From: Dehalococcoidia bacterium
Lineage (GTDB): Bacteria; Chloroflexota; Dehalococcoidia; Lucifugimonadales; UBA3495
DNA length: 64,000 bases
Direction of reading: 5' to 3'
NCBI GenBank assembly: GCA_965216425.1
Contig: CBDCFV010000006.1
Span: 857,070 to 921,069 of the forward strand
The position numbers and the translations under genes were made by a program. A model generated the notes under the pieces. It was not told the DNA's origin. It did not search any database and saw nothing but the letters and a program-made list of their open reading frames with translations. Below are positions 17,855 through 26,665 of the stretch, in pieces; positions within the stretch are counted from its first letter, which is position 1; each line of letters begins with the position of its first letter.

Positions 17855-19107
17855 CCACCAGTGACGCCCAAGCCGTTTCAAACAGCGCGCCTTTGGATGT
17901 GGCGCACGTGCGTAAGGATTTCCCAATCCTCCACCAGTTGGTGAACGGGAAGCCGCTGGTCTACTTGGATAATGGCGCAACCTCCCAGAAGCCCCAATGT
18001 GTGATAGACGCGCTGGTCCGTTACTACACAACCGACAACGCCAACGTGCACCGTGGGGTCCACACTCTAAGCCAGCGGGCCACCGACGACTATGAGAACG
18101 CCCGCAGCAAAATCCGCAGCTTCGTTAACGCCGCCAGCGACCAGGAGATTATCTATACCAGGGGAACTACCGAAAGCATCAACTTGGTGGCCCAAACCTT
18201 CGGGAGGCAGAACATAGGCCCCGACGATGAAATCATCGTCTCCAACATGGAGCACCACTCCAACATCGTCCCTTGGCAGATCCTGTGCGAAGAGAAGGGG
18301 TCCAAACTTCGGGTGGTGCCCATCGACGATTCGGGCGAGTTACTGGTGGACGAGTTTGAGGCAATGCTGGGCTCCCGCACCAAGCTGGTGTCCATCACCC
18401 ACGTCTCGAACGCCCTTGGCACCATCGTACCCGTCGACCGCATCGTGGAATTAGCCCACGCACACGGTGTACCCGTGTTGTTGGACGGCGCCCAAGCAGT
18501 CCCTCATATGCGGGTGGACGTGAGAAGCCTGGACTGCGACTTCTACGTGTTCTCCGGGCACAAGCTGTTTGGTCCCACCGGCATTGGAGTCCTCTACGGT
18601 AAGGCCGAGCTATTGGACTCAATGTCCCCTTACCAAGGGGGCGGGGAAATGATCAAGTCGGTCACCTTCGAAAAGACTCTCTATGCTGACCTTCCTTACA
18701 AATTCGAGGCGGGCACTCCTAACATCGCCGGCGCCATCGGATTGGGAGAGGCAATAGACTACGTTGAGGCCCTTGGGTTCGACCGGATCATGGCCCACGA
18801 GCAGGAGTTGCTGGACTACGGCACCCGCGCCCTATCATCCATAGAGGGCGTTCAAATTATCGGCACCGCGGCGCACAAGTCGGGAATTCTCTCGTTCATC
18901 ATGGACGGTGTCCACCCACACGACATCGGCACCATCCTGGATGCGGAAGGCATCGCGGTGCGGACCGGCCACCATTGCGCTCAGCCGGTGATGGAGCGTT
19001 TCCAAATCCCGGCCACTGCCCGGGCGTCCATGGCGATGTACAATACCAAGGAGGACATCGACGCGTTGGTCCTGGGGATCGACCGAGTCATCGAGGTGTT
19101 CAGCTAA
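17851..19107 (+). CDS. sufS: Cysteine desulfurase SufS (class V aminotransferase, group II)
   Basis: YLDNGATSQKP, HHSNIVPWQ, PLP lysine context FSGHKLFGPTGIGVLYG, catalytic Cys loop RTGHHCAQP. 4-nt overlap with sufD. Confidence 0.95.
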   Translation: MTTSDAQAVSNSAPLDVAHVRKDFPILHQLVNGKPLVYLDNGATSQKPQCVIDALVRYYTTDNANVHRGVHTLSQRATDDYENARSKIRSFVNAASDQEIIYTRGTTESINLVAQTFGRQNIGPDDEIIVSNMEHHSNIVPWQILCEEKGSKLRVVPIDDSGELLVDEFEAMLGSRTKLVSITHVSNALGTIVPVDRIVELAHAHGVPVLLDGAQAVPHMRVDVRSLDCDFYVFSGHKLFGPTGIGVLYGKAELLDSMSPYQGGGEMIKSVTFEKTLYADLPYKFEAGTPNIAGAIGLGEAIDYVEALGFDRIMAHEQELLDYGTRALSSIEGVQIIGTAAHKSGILSFIMDGVHPHDIGTILDAEGIAVRTGHHCAQPVMERFQIPATARASMAMYNTKEDIDALVLGIDRVIEVFS

Positions 19108-19556
19108 TGTCCAGTCTAGGCGACCTCTACCAGGAAATCCTCCTGGAGCACAACAGCCGTCCCCGCAACTTCCGCAAGCTGGAGGACGCCGACCGCAGCG
19201 CCGACGGCTACAACCCGCTGTGCGGCGACAAGGTGGAACTGTTCCTCAAGCTGGATGACGAAATAATATCCGACGTTGCGTTCCAAGGCTCCGGATGCGC
19301 CATATCCAGGGCATCGGCGTCGATGTTGACCCAGAGCATCAAAGGTCAGAGCGTGGAGAAAGCCCACGAGATTTTCGAGGCCTTCCATAACATGCTTACC
19401 GACCCGTCCGCCGAGGTCGACTACGACTTGCTGGACGACTTGGAAAGCCTCTCCGGCGTGTCCGACTTTCCCACCCGTATCAAGTGCGCCGTTCTGGCTT
19501 GGCACACGTTGCGGGCGGCGTTGGACGGCCAACCGGAAGCGGTTATGACCGAGTAG
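19107..19556 (+). CDS. sufU: SufU/NifU-like sulfur acceptor-scaffold protein
   Basis: LYQEILLEHNSRPRNF, NPLCGD, GSGCAISRASASM, RIKCAVLAW: three conserved Cys plus Asp. The ATG overlaps the sufS TAA (TAATG). The track ORF from 18975 is an out-of-context extension. Confidence 0.85.
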   Translation: MSSLGDLYQEILLEHNSRPRNFRKLEDADRSADGYNPLCGDKVELFLKLDDEIISDVAFQGSGCAISRASASMLTQSIKGQSVEKAHEIFEAFHNMLTDPSAEVDYDLLDDLESLSGVSDFPTRIKCAVLAWHTLRAALDGQPEAVMTE

Positions 19557-19575
19557 ACGAGGCTCGGCAAGAATC

Positions 19576-20043
19576 ATGGCCAGCGTTCCCGACATGCCTC
19601 TGCAGGGCCTCTACGGCGACAAGATACTCGATCATTACCGCAATCCACGCCTCCGCATCCCTTTGGACAACGCCGACGTGGAAGCCGAGGAGTTCAATCC
19701 TTTCTGCGGCGACCGGGTAGTCCTCCAGCTGAGCGTAGACCGGAAGGGGCTTGTGGCCGACGCCAGCGCCCGGTCCGAAGGCTGCTCCATCATCCAAGCC
19801 TCTGCCTCAATGCTGGCCCAGATGACACTGGGCAAGTCGCTGGAGCAGGTGGAAAGCGTGGCCGACCGCTTCAGGTCCATGATGCAGCGAAAGCCGGCGC
19901 CGGGAGAGGATATGGGCGGTCTGGAAGACTTGCTACCTCTTCAGGTGGTGCGCCAGTTTCCGGTGCGTATCAAGTGCGCCCTCCTCCCGTGGACCGCCTT
20001 GGAAATCGGCATCGAAGACTTCCGCGCCCGCAACAGCCGCTAA
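19576..20043 (+). CDS. Second SufU/NifU-like paralog
   Basis: LYGDKILDHYRNPR, NPFCGD, SEGCSIIQASASM, RIKCALLPW: the same three Cys and Asp are retained. Starts 20 nt after the first copy. Confidence 0.7.
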   Translation: MASVPDMPLQGLYGDKILDHYRNPRLRIPLDNADVEAEEFNPFCGDRVVLQLSVDRKGLVADASARSEGCSIIQASASMLAQMTLGKSLEQVESVADRFRSMMQRKPAPGEDMGGLEDLLPLQVVRQFPVRIKCALLPWTALEIGIEDFRARNSR

Positions 20044-20104
20044 CTCCCCCTCTAATCTGCCTCAAAGGCCGCTGCCCTGACTGACTCATGCGCTCGGACT
20101 CCGT

Positions 20105-20611
20105 TTACTGACCGTCCCGCAACAGCCCCTTCAAATATGAAATATGCCCTTGGTGCTGGTACACCTCGCCAACCACCTGGCGGAAGATCGCCCCCACCGA
20201 CATTTCAGGCCGCTGTTCCCTTGGCACTACTTCAAAGTCTTCCGGGGTTAACCCCCTCAGGTATTCAAACGTTCCGGCGCGCACGGCGTCTCCGTACCTC
20301 AGCAATTCCGCCAAGTCCAAGTCTGGAAACTGGGCCACCTGCTCCGGCGTGTGCCCAAAGCCGTTGTCCCTTGTAGGCAACCCGAACTTGTCATGCCAGC
20401 CGTCACGCTCCCACATCTCCGACTGGCGCTGGATGAAAAATTGAAACCACATATCCTCAACCCGGATCATGTGCCAAAGCATCCATCCAATGGGGTTGGC
20501 CTCCGGCCCCGGCCGCCAGCGCAACTCCTCCGGCGTCAGGTCCTTCACCGCTTCCATCAAGAATTCGTGTTCCACATTAAACGCGTCTTCAATGAACTCG
20601 TTAAGGGTCAT
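20105..20611 (-). CDS. DinB-family (DinB_2-like) four-helix-bundle protein
   Basis: MTLNEFIEDAF...AVKDLTPEELRWRPGPEANPIGWMLWHMIRVEDMW...HQGHISYL. The internal ATG 20611 has a GAGGAG Shine-Dalgarno. The track extension to 20974 has no supporting homology. Confidence 0.7.
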   Translation of the reverse strand: MTLNEFIEDAFNVEHEFLMEAVKDLTPEELRWRPGPEANPIGWMLWHMIRVEDMWFQFFIQRQSEMWERDGWHDKFGLPTRDNGFGHTPEQVAQFPDLDLAELLRYGDAVRAGTFEYLRGLTPEDFEVVPREQRPEMSVGAIFRQVVGEVYQHQGHISYLKGLLRDGQ

Positions 20612-21117
20612 GTCCTGCTCCTCATTATGGGCTGCCGTCTGTAAACTCCGATCGCTTACGTGGCCGGCTCCTCGCATTATAAATGAGGGTTGTTGCCGAA
20701 TGTCCGCTGCATTTCCCAAATATCGTGACTTGAGGAATCCACTGACATCCGCCCCTTCCCAAATCAGGCTGCGCCGCCTTACCATGATACTAGCCTCGTG
20801 TGGCGCCCCGGTAGCTGGGTCCCGGATCAAACCCCGCTGCCAAATCGGAATTACACACAATGAGCCAAAACTTGGCACATTCAAGCCAAAACCTGGGCAA
20901 AGCAACCCCCAAATGGCGCAAATGTTGAAGAACCCAACCCTGCCATCAAAGCTGAATGCCACACAATGACCCAAAATGACCCGGAAACCCTGAAAATCCG
21001 TCCCTGTGTCTCCCTTCCACGGACTCTACGCACTCGCCTGCCCCCGCCCCATTCCTCTGTGCTAAACTTCGTACACGCACCCAACCCCAAACTACCGTCC
21101 AGCCCCGGAGATAGACC

Positions 21118-22185
21118 ATGCCCGAAAACCTGATCACGGAGGAAGTCCTGGCCTTGATTGGCCAGGAAACGGAGCCGGAACGGAACCGGTTCCCCATCAG
21201 CGATGAAATGGCGTGGGACGTAGCCGACGCCATCCAGGACCCCAACCGCTTGTACACCGACCCCGAATACGCGGGGAAGAGCAGGTTCGGCGGGTTACTC
21301 TGCCCGCCGTTGGCGACATGGAAGGACATCGCCCCGACCATCGGCTATTTTGGCGCCGGGCAGGAATCCCACTTTCAAGTGCCCCTTCCCTTCAGCAGCT
21401 ATGGCCTCAACGGCGGCAGCGACTGGCAATTCCTTCGCCCAGCCTACGCGGGGGACTGGATAACCCGACGGTTCACAATTCTGGATATCTTCCAGAAGCA
21501 GGGCCGCTCCGGAGCTTTGGTGTTCGTAGTACGGTTGGAGACCCAGACCAACCAAAATGACCAAGTAATCAGCTTGGCCAAGCGCGTGAGCATCCACCGC
21601 GCCCTTCCCGCCAGTGGCGAACCTACGGACGCGGTCAACGTCCGTGACCAATTGGACACCGTCCAGATATCCCCGCCTGGACCGGGAGGGGACATTCCTC
21701 GGCTGCAACCCACTGACCGGCAGCAACTCCACTATGAGGATGTCTCCGTGGGAGATTCGTTGGAACCCGTGGTCAAAGGCCCACTGACCACCACTCACTT
21801 GGTGCGCTGGGCCGCTGCCAATGGCAACTACGCCCGTATCCACTGGGACTTGCCCTTCGCCCAACTCCGCCAAGGGTTGACCAATGTGGTCGTCAACGGC
21901 TCCCTCAAGAACCAGTACTTGGGACAGTTGCTGAACGATTTCGCCGGCGATGAGGGTTGGTTCAAGCGGTTCTACGTCCAGCACCGGGGTATGGACTACC
22001 CGGGAGACGTGATTACGGCGTCCGGGACGACCACCGCCAAGCGGGAACAGGACGGCTTCGGTTACGTGGACTGCAACATTGCTTTGAGCAACAGCCGCGG
22101 CGAGCAAACGGCATTGGGCCAAGCTACCGTAGTCCTGCCCAAGCACGGGCAGACCCTGCCCCTGGAATGGGTAGCGGAAGAATGA
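21118..22185 (+). CDS. Double hotdog-fold (MaoC-like/FAS1-like) enoyl-CoA hydratase-dehydratase
   Basis: 355 aa is the size expected of fused N-terminal dehydratase-like and C-terminal MaoC-like halves (...YARIHWD..FA...G....V.NG). Translationally coupled to a CoA-transferase. Confidence 0.65.
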   Translation: MPENLITEEVLALIGQETEPERNRFPISDEMAWDVADAIQDPNRLYTDPEYAGKSRFGGLLCPPLATWKDIAPTIGYFGAGQESHFQVPLPFSSYGLNGGSDWQFLRPAYAGDWITRRFTILDIFQKQGRSGALVFVVRLETQTNQNDQVISLAKRVSIHRALPASGEPTDAVNVRDQLDTVQISPPGPGGDIPRLQPTDRQQLHYEDVSVGDSLEPVVKGPLTTTHLVRWAAANGNYARIHWDLPFAQLRQGLTNVVVNGSLKNQYLGQLLNDFAGDEGWFKRFYVQHRGMDYPGDVITASGTTTAKREQDGFGYVDCNIALSNSRGEQTALGQATVVLPKHGQTLPLEWVAEE

Positions 22186-23381
22186 CCGGAATCCCCTTGT
22201 TGCAAGGCATCCGCGTCCTGGACTTGGGCACTGAGGTCTCCGGCCCCTTTTGCGCCAAGCTGCTGGCCGACTACGGCGCGGACGTCATCAAGGTCGAGAT
22301 GCCCGGCCAAGGCGACCCGGCCCGCCGCATGGGGCCGTTCGTAGAGGACGACCCGCATCCTGACAAGAGTATCCCTTTCCTTTACATCAACGCCAACAAG
22401 CGAAGCGTCACGCTGGATCCTCGCAGCGACTCCGGACGGGAGTTGCTGGACGTTCTGACGCAGACCGTCGACGTTGTGGTTGAAAATTATCCTCCCTCAG
22501 AGGCTGAATCCTGTGGCTTGACTTATGACACCTTGTCGCGGAACAACCCCGGCCTGGTCGTTACGTCCATTACCGCTTTCGGCCAGACCGGCCCCTACCG
22601 AGACTATTCGGCCACGGACATCGTGACTTGGGCTATGAGCGGCTTGATGTACCATGTGGGTGATTCCGACCGGGAGCCGTTGCGCAACGCTTTGAGCCAG
22701 TCCCTCTACGTCGCCGGGGCCAACGCCGCGGTCGCCACGCTGGCGGCGTTGCTCCAACGCATGGCTACCGGACGCGGCCAGCATGTGGACGTTTCCGCGG
22801 TGGAATGTTTGGCTACTCACTTGGTGCAACCGGTCCCTTACTACTCGTTCATGGGAGCTGTCAAAGGACGCCGTCCCGTCCGCGGCTCCGGCTTCGACGA
22901 ACTGATGCCCGCCCAAGACGGCTACGTGGTCCCATCCGTGCAGGGTTCCCAGCCTTGGTCCACCATCGCCGGCGTAATCGGCTCCGAAGCCCTTCAAGAC
23001 CAACGGTTCGCCAGTGGCGCTGGCCGTATCGAACACGGCGAGGAACTGAAGGAACTGCTTATAGAGGCCCTGTCCCATTGGGACCGGAAGCCGTTGTTCG
23101 AGGCGTCGGGCGAAAACCGTCTGGTGTTTGGCATGGCCCAGGACGCTGGAGACCTGTTCAACTGTCCTCACCTGCGGGAGCGGGACTTCTTTGTCGAGGT
23201 CGATCACCCGGTGGCGGGGACTGCGGAGTACGCGGGCATTGGAGCCCACCTGTCGGAATCTGAGTTCAAGGTACACCGCCCGGCCCCTCTGCTGGGCCAG
23301 CACAACCACGAAATATACGTTGAAGAACTGGGTTACACTCCCTCGCAAATGGTACTTCTGCGTTCTGCGGGAGTTATCTGA
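22182..23381 (+). CDS. Family III (CaiB/BaiF) CoA-transferase
   Basis: MTGIPLLQGIRVLDLGTEVSGPFCAKLLADYGADVIKVE is the canonical N-terminus. The ATG overlaps the previous TGA (ATGA). The track ORF from 21957 is an upstream extension. Confidence 0.85.
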   Translation: MTGIPLLQGIRVLDLGTEVSGPFCAKLLADYGADVIKVEMPGQGDPARRMGPFVEDDPHPDKSIPFLYINANKRSVTLDPRSDSGRELLDVLTQTVDVVVENYPPSEAESCGLTYDTLSRNNPGLVVTSITAFGQTGPYRDYSATDIVTWAMSGLMYHVGDSDREPLRNALSQSLYVAGANAAVATLAALLQRMATGRGQHVDVSAVECLATHLVQPVPYYSFMGAVKGRRPVRGSGFDELMPAQDGYVVPSVQGSQPWSTIAGVIGSEALQDQRFASGAGRIEHGEELKELLIEALSHWDRKPLFEASGENRLVFGMAQDAGDLFNCPHLRERDFFVEVDHPVAGTAEYAGIGAHLSESEFKVHRPAPLLGQHNHEIYVEELGYTPSQMVLLRSAGVI

Positions 23382-23462
23382 TAAAGTGGCTGGAGAATTC
23401 CCTCACCCATCTTCCAAGGGGAGAAGGGTGTTACCCATATCCAGCCCGGAAAGAGGCATCAA

Positions 23463-24080
23463 GTGAGCGATATATCACTGTTTGAAGCTATTCACAGCCA
23501 ACGGGCCATCCGTAACTTCGCACCCGACCCTGTACCCGACGAGGTTGTCGCCAAAATCCTGGACGCCGCAGTCCGCGCTCCCAGCGGCGGAAACACCCAA
23601 CGATGGAGTTTCCTGGTGATCCGGGACCGGGAAACCAAGCGCCGTTTCGGCGAGTGGTACGTGTCTGCTTGGAGCAAGATCACCGCCGACATGGACTTCA
23701 ACAATCAAGTAACCCAGCCATACCGCCCCAGCATGTTGACCAATAACATGGAAGACATCCCCGTATTGATCCTTGCGTGCTTGGAACAGGTCCCATCGGC
23801 TTTCCGCGCCTCTCCAATCACCGGCGGATCATCTATCTACCCCGCGGTTCAAAACATACTGCTGGCGGCCCGCGCCCTCGGTTTGGGCACCGTTTTGACC
23901 ACCCTCCACACCCAACACGAGGAAGAAGTCAAGGAATACTTGGGCATCCCCGATAACGTTGCCACCGCGGCCCTGATTCCGTTGGGTTACCCGGCACAAG
24001 GCCAACGCTTCAGCAGCAGCAGAAGAAGACCATCCTCAGAAGTAACCTTCCACGAACGCTGGGGCCAACGGGCGGCTTAG
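23463..24080 (+). CDS. Nitroreductase-family flavoprotein
   Basis: QRAIRNFAPDPVPDEVVAKILDAAVRAPSGGNTQRWSFLVIRD and LAARALGLGTV motifs. GTG start. Confidence 0.85.
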   Translation: MSDISLFEAIHSQRAIRNFAPDPVPDEVVAKILDAAVRAPSGGNTQRWSFLVIRDRETKRRFGEWYVSAWSKITADMDFNNQVTQPYRPSMLTNNMEDIPVLILACLEQVPSAFRASPITGGSSIYPAVQNILLAARALGLGTVLTTLHTQHEEEVKEYLGIPDNVATAALIPLGYPAQGQRFSSSRRRPSSEVTFHERWGQRAA

Positions 24081-24085
24081 TAGCC

Positions 24086-25471
24086 ATGACCCAACTACCT
24101 CTTAACGGAATCCGCGTGTTGGACCTTAGCCGCGTATTTGCCATGCCCTACGCCGGCGCTTTCCTGTCCGACCTTGGTGCGGAGGTTATCAAAGTCGATT
24201 CCTGCCAAGCGCAGTTCATCGACACCACCCGCACACTGAACGGCCCCTACCCGGACAACGATCCGGGAGAACTGTTCTGGGAGCGGGGAGGCACCTTCCA
24301 GACCCTTAACCGCGGAAAACGGAGCTTGACCCTCGACCTCCGCTCTGAAGACGCGGTGGCTTTGCTGAAAAGGCTGGTCGCCCTTAGCGACGTGGTGCTG
24401 GAGAACTTCACTCCCCGGGTCATGCGGCGTTTCGGCTTGGGCTACCCCAGCCTGAAAGCCCTCAAGCCGGACCTGATCATGGTCTCCAACACCGGCTACG
24501 GCCACTCAGGGCCTTGGAGCAACTACGGGGCCATGGCGGCGGCGTTGGAGCCCACCCACGGCACCGGCGCATTTATGGGCTATATGGAGGCGGAACCCGA
24601 GGGCCGTCTCCTCGATGGCGGAATCCCCAACAAGGTCGCCAATTCCTATACCGACTTTCTCGCCAGCATCACCGCCCAGTTAGCCGTATTGGCCGCCTTG
24701 ATACACCGTAAGACCACCGGCCGGGGAGTGTGGGTGGATTTGGCTATGTACCAGGTCGGCGTTTCGTTCCTTGGTGAGGGGCTGCTGGATTTCGCCTTCA
24801 ACGGACGCCGCACTCGGCGCTTGGGGAACCGCCACGAATACATGTCGCCCCACGGCTGCTACCCCTGCTTGGGAGAAGACCAGTGGGTCACTATCGCCGT
24901 CAGGGACGACGAGGACTGGTCGTCGTTTTGCCAAGCCATCGAGCAGCCGTCCTTGGCCGACGATCCTCGGTTTGTTGACCCGTTCGTCCGGTACGGCAAC
25001 CAGGAATCATTGGACGCCATCATCACCGACTGGACATCCCGACGCACGCCGTACCAAGTGATGGAAACGCTGCAAGCAAAGGGAGTGCCCGCCGGCGCGG
25101 TCTTGAACGCCGGCGAGTTGCTGCGCGACCCCCACTTCCGTGCCAGAGGGTTTTTCGAGACTGTCGAGCATCCGCAGGAAACCGGATTGGGGCAGCAAGA
25201 GTATCTGGGGCGTGGGTGGAGATTCTCAGATATGGAAGCCAGCACCAAAGGACCGGCCCCGATGTTGGGCGAGGCCAACGACTACGTACTCCGCCAAGTC
25301 CTGGGGCTGACCGGCGAGGAAATCCAACACCTGCGTGAAACCGGCGTAATCGGGACCGCCCTGCAGGGCGGCCAGCCGCCATCAATAGTGCCCCTTCCCC
25401 GTCAAGTCGAATTGGGCGGCATCGCGGCCTACGATCCTGACTTCCACAGCCAGGCCGAGTCCGCGCCGTAG
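24086..25471 (+). CDS. Family III (CaiB/BaiF) CoA-transferase, second copy
   Basis: LNGIRVLDLSRVFAMPYAGAFLSDLGAEVIKVD N-terminus. 461 aa. Confidence 0.85.
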   Translation: MTQLPLNGIRVLDLSRVFAMPYAGAFLSDLGAEVIKVDSCQAQFIDTTRTLNGPYPDNDPGELFWERGGTFQTLNRGKRSLTLDLRSEDAVALLKRLVALSDVVLENFTPRVMRRFGLGYPSLKALKPDLIMVSNTGYGHSGPWSNYGAMAAALEPTHGTGAFMGYMEAEPEGRLLDGGIPNKVANSYTDFLASITAQLAVLAALIHRKTTGRGVWVDLAMYQVGVSFLGEGLLDFAFNGRRTRRLGNRHEYMSPHGCYPCLGEDQWVTIAVRDDEDWSSFCQAIEQPSLADDPRFVDPFVRYGNQESLDAIITDWTSRRTPYQVMETLQAKGVPAGAVLNAGELLRDPHFRARGFFETVEHPQETGLGQQEYLGRGWRFSDMEASTKGPAPMLGEANDYVLRQVLGLTGEEIQHLRETGVIGTALQGGQPPSIVPLPRQVELGGIAAYDPDFHSQAESAP

Positions 25472-25586
25472 CAGACCAAGCCTATTTCCGTACAACCGAC
25501 GCACGCCCGCCTCCAGTCGCCAAGGGCAACCGCGCGCATATTGCGTTTTGGACTTGATTTTCCGGTTTGCTGAGCAGTCATTGCCC

Positions 25587-26330
25587 ATGAGACACCAAAC
25601 CCTCATCGACCGGTTCCGCGGCGCACGCGCCGACCAGTCCGTGGCAGTGCTAGAAGGGTTTCATCCCTTGAAACACGCCATACGTTTCGGCGCGAAGATA
25701 ACGGACGTCGTTACCGTCAACACCGCAGACCTGAACAAGCTGGCAACGGAATACGCGCCGGACTTGGCATATTGGATAAGCGCCAATCATTATGTCGTCC
25801 CCGAAGCCGTATTCCGCCAACTGTCTCCGGTAACGCCGCCTACCGGCGTAATCTCGATAGCAAACCGCCCCCTGGTCTCCTTGACGGATATGTTGGCGAG
25901 CCCCCGTCCCGCGCCCATAGTCATGTTGGAAAACCCCAGGAACCTTCTCAACATCGGCGCGTCGGTAAGAGTGGCTGCGGCCGCCGGAGCGGCCGGCGTG
26001 GTCACCACCGGCCCCCAGGACCCTTGGAATCCTGCCGCGATGATCGCGGCAACCGGCCTCCAATACGCTCTGCCTGTAACCCGGACGATAGCTATCCCGC
26101 GGTGTGACCGTCCATTGGTAGTGGTTGACCCAACCGGCCAACCACTATCTCATTACAAAGTTCCACCCCGCGCCATTCTGGCCTTTGGCTCGGAACGGGA
26201 CGGCTTGAGTCAAGAACTCATAGCCTTGGCCGACTATAATGTGTCCATCCCAATGACCGATGGAGTATCCAGCCTTAATCTGGCCACAGCCGTGGCGGTG
26301 ATGCTCTATTCCTGGAAACTGGCCCAATAG
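25587..26330 (+). CDS. TrmH/SpoU-family RNA 2'-O-methyltransferase
   Basis: NPRNLLNIGASVRVAAAAGAAGV and AFGSERDGLSQEL...IPM..GVSSLNLATAVAVMLY (SPOUT knot motifs). The start could be 25548 or 25587. Confidence 0.8.
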   Translation: MRHQTLIDRFRGARADQSVAVLEGFHPLKHAIRFGAKITDVVTVNTADLNKLATEYAPDLAYWISANHYVVPEAVFRQLSPVTPPTGVISIANRPLVSLTDMLASPRPAPIVMLENPRNLLNIGASVRVAAAAGAAGVVTTGPQDPWNPAAMIAATGLQYALPVTRTIAIPRCDRPLVVVDPTGQPLSHYKVPPRAILAFGSERDGLSQELIALADYNVSIPMTDGVSSLNLATAVAVMLYSWKLAQ

Positions 26331-26521
26331 CGGTTAACTAGGCAAAAAGCCCTGTCATCTCCCACGAGCCGGTTATGAGTGGTATAGCCTGATTCAGACT
26401 GAAAATTGTCAGACGGCATCTACACGACACCGCAAGTATCGTGTATAATTCATTACCTAATCCACAGGTGCTGGCGAAGGGCGGCAAACAAGCACAAGAA
26501 GCCGTCGCCTCGGATGGTTAT

Positions 26522-26596
26522 GCGGGAGTGGCTCAGGGGTAGAGCGTCTCCTTGCCAAGGAGAAGGTCGAGGGTTCAAATCCCTTCTCCCGCTCCA
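26522..26596 (+). tRNA. tRNA-Gly (anticodon GCC), CCA encoded
   Basis: Hand fold: acceptor GCGGGAG/CTCCCGC, D arm GCTC-AGGGGTA-GAGC, anticodon arm TCTCC-TTGCCAA-GGAGA, variable AGGTC, T arm GAGGG-TTCAAAT-CCCTT, discriminator T, CCA. Confidence 0.93.
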
Positions 26597-26612
26597 ACCA
26601 ACTCAAAAAAGA

Positions 26613-26639
26613 TGCCCGCGTTAAGCGGGCACATTTTTT
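26613..26639. terminator. Rho-independent terminator, probably bidirectional (tRNA-Gly and mutM)
   Basis: TGCCCGC-GTTAA-GCGGGCA hairpin followed by CATTTTTT and preceded by AAAAAA. Confidence 0.6.
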
Positions 26640-26665
26640 ACCGTAACAAACCACCAAGAACTCGT

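Noticed and set aside
20780-20850. tRNA-like fragment (GGTAGCTGGGTCCCGGATCAAACCCCGCTGCC) that might mark an old att site.
   Set aside because: I could not fold a convincing T arm or acceptor stem. It shows no similarity to tRNA-Gly at 26522, and the resemblance is limited to a GATCAAACC string.
20612-20974. N-terminal extensions of track ORFs. Examples: 20105-20974, 21957-23381, 26666-27628, 35615-36475, 12139-13014, 46549-47562, 18975-19556.
   Set aside because: Family homology begins at internal start codons that have Shine-Dalgarno sequences or stop/start overlaps with the upstream gene. The extra residues show no similarity to anything and often overlap neighbouring genes.
20612-21117. 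500-bp intergenic region with recurring CCAAAA/CCCAAAATGACCC motifs, as a possible regulatory array or sRNA.
   Set aside because: The motifs are short and irregularly spaced with no symmetry, and no conserved hairpin or terminator follows. It is probably just the divergent promoter region of the dinB-like and hydratase genes.
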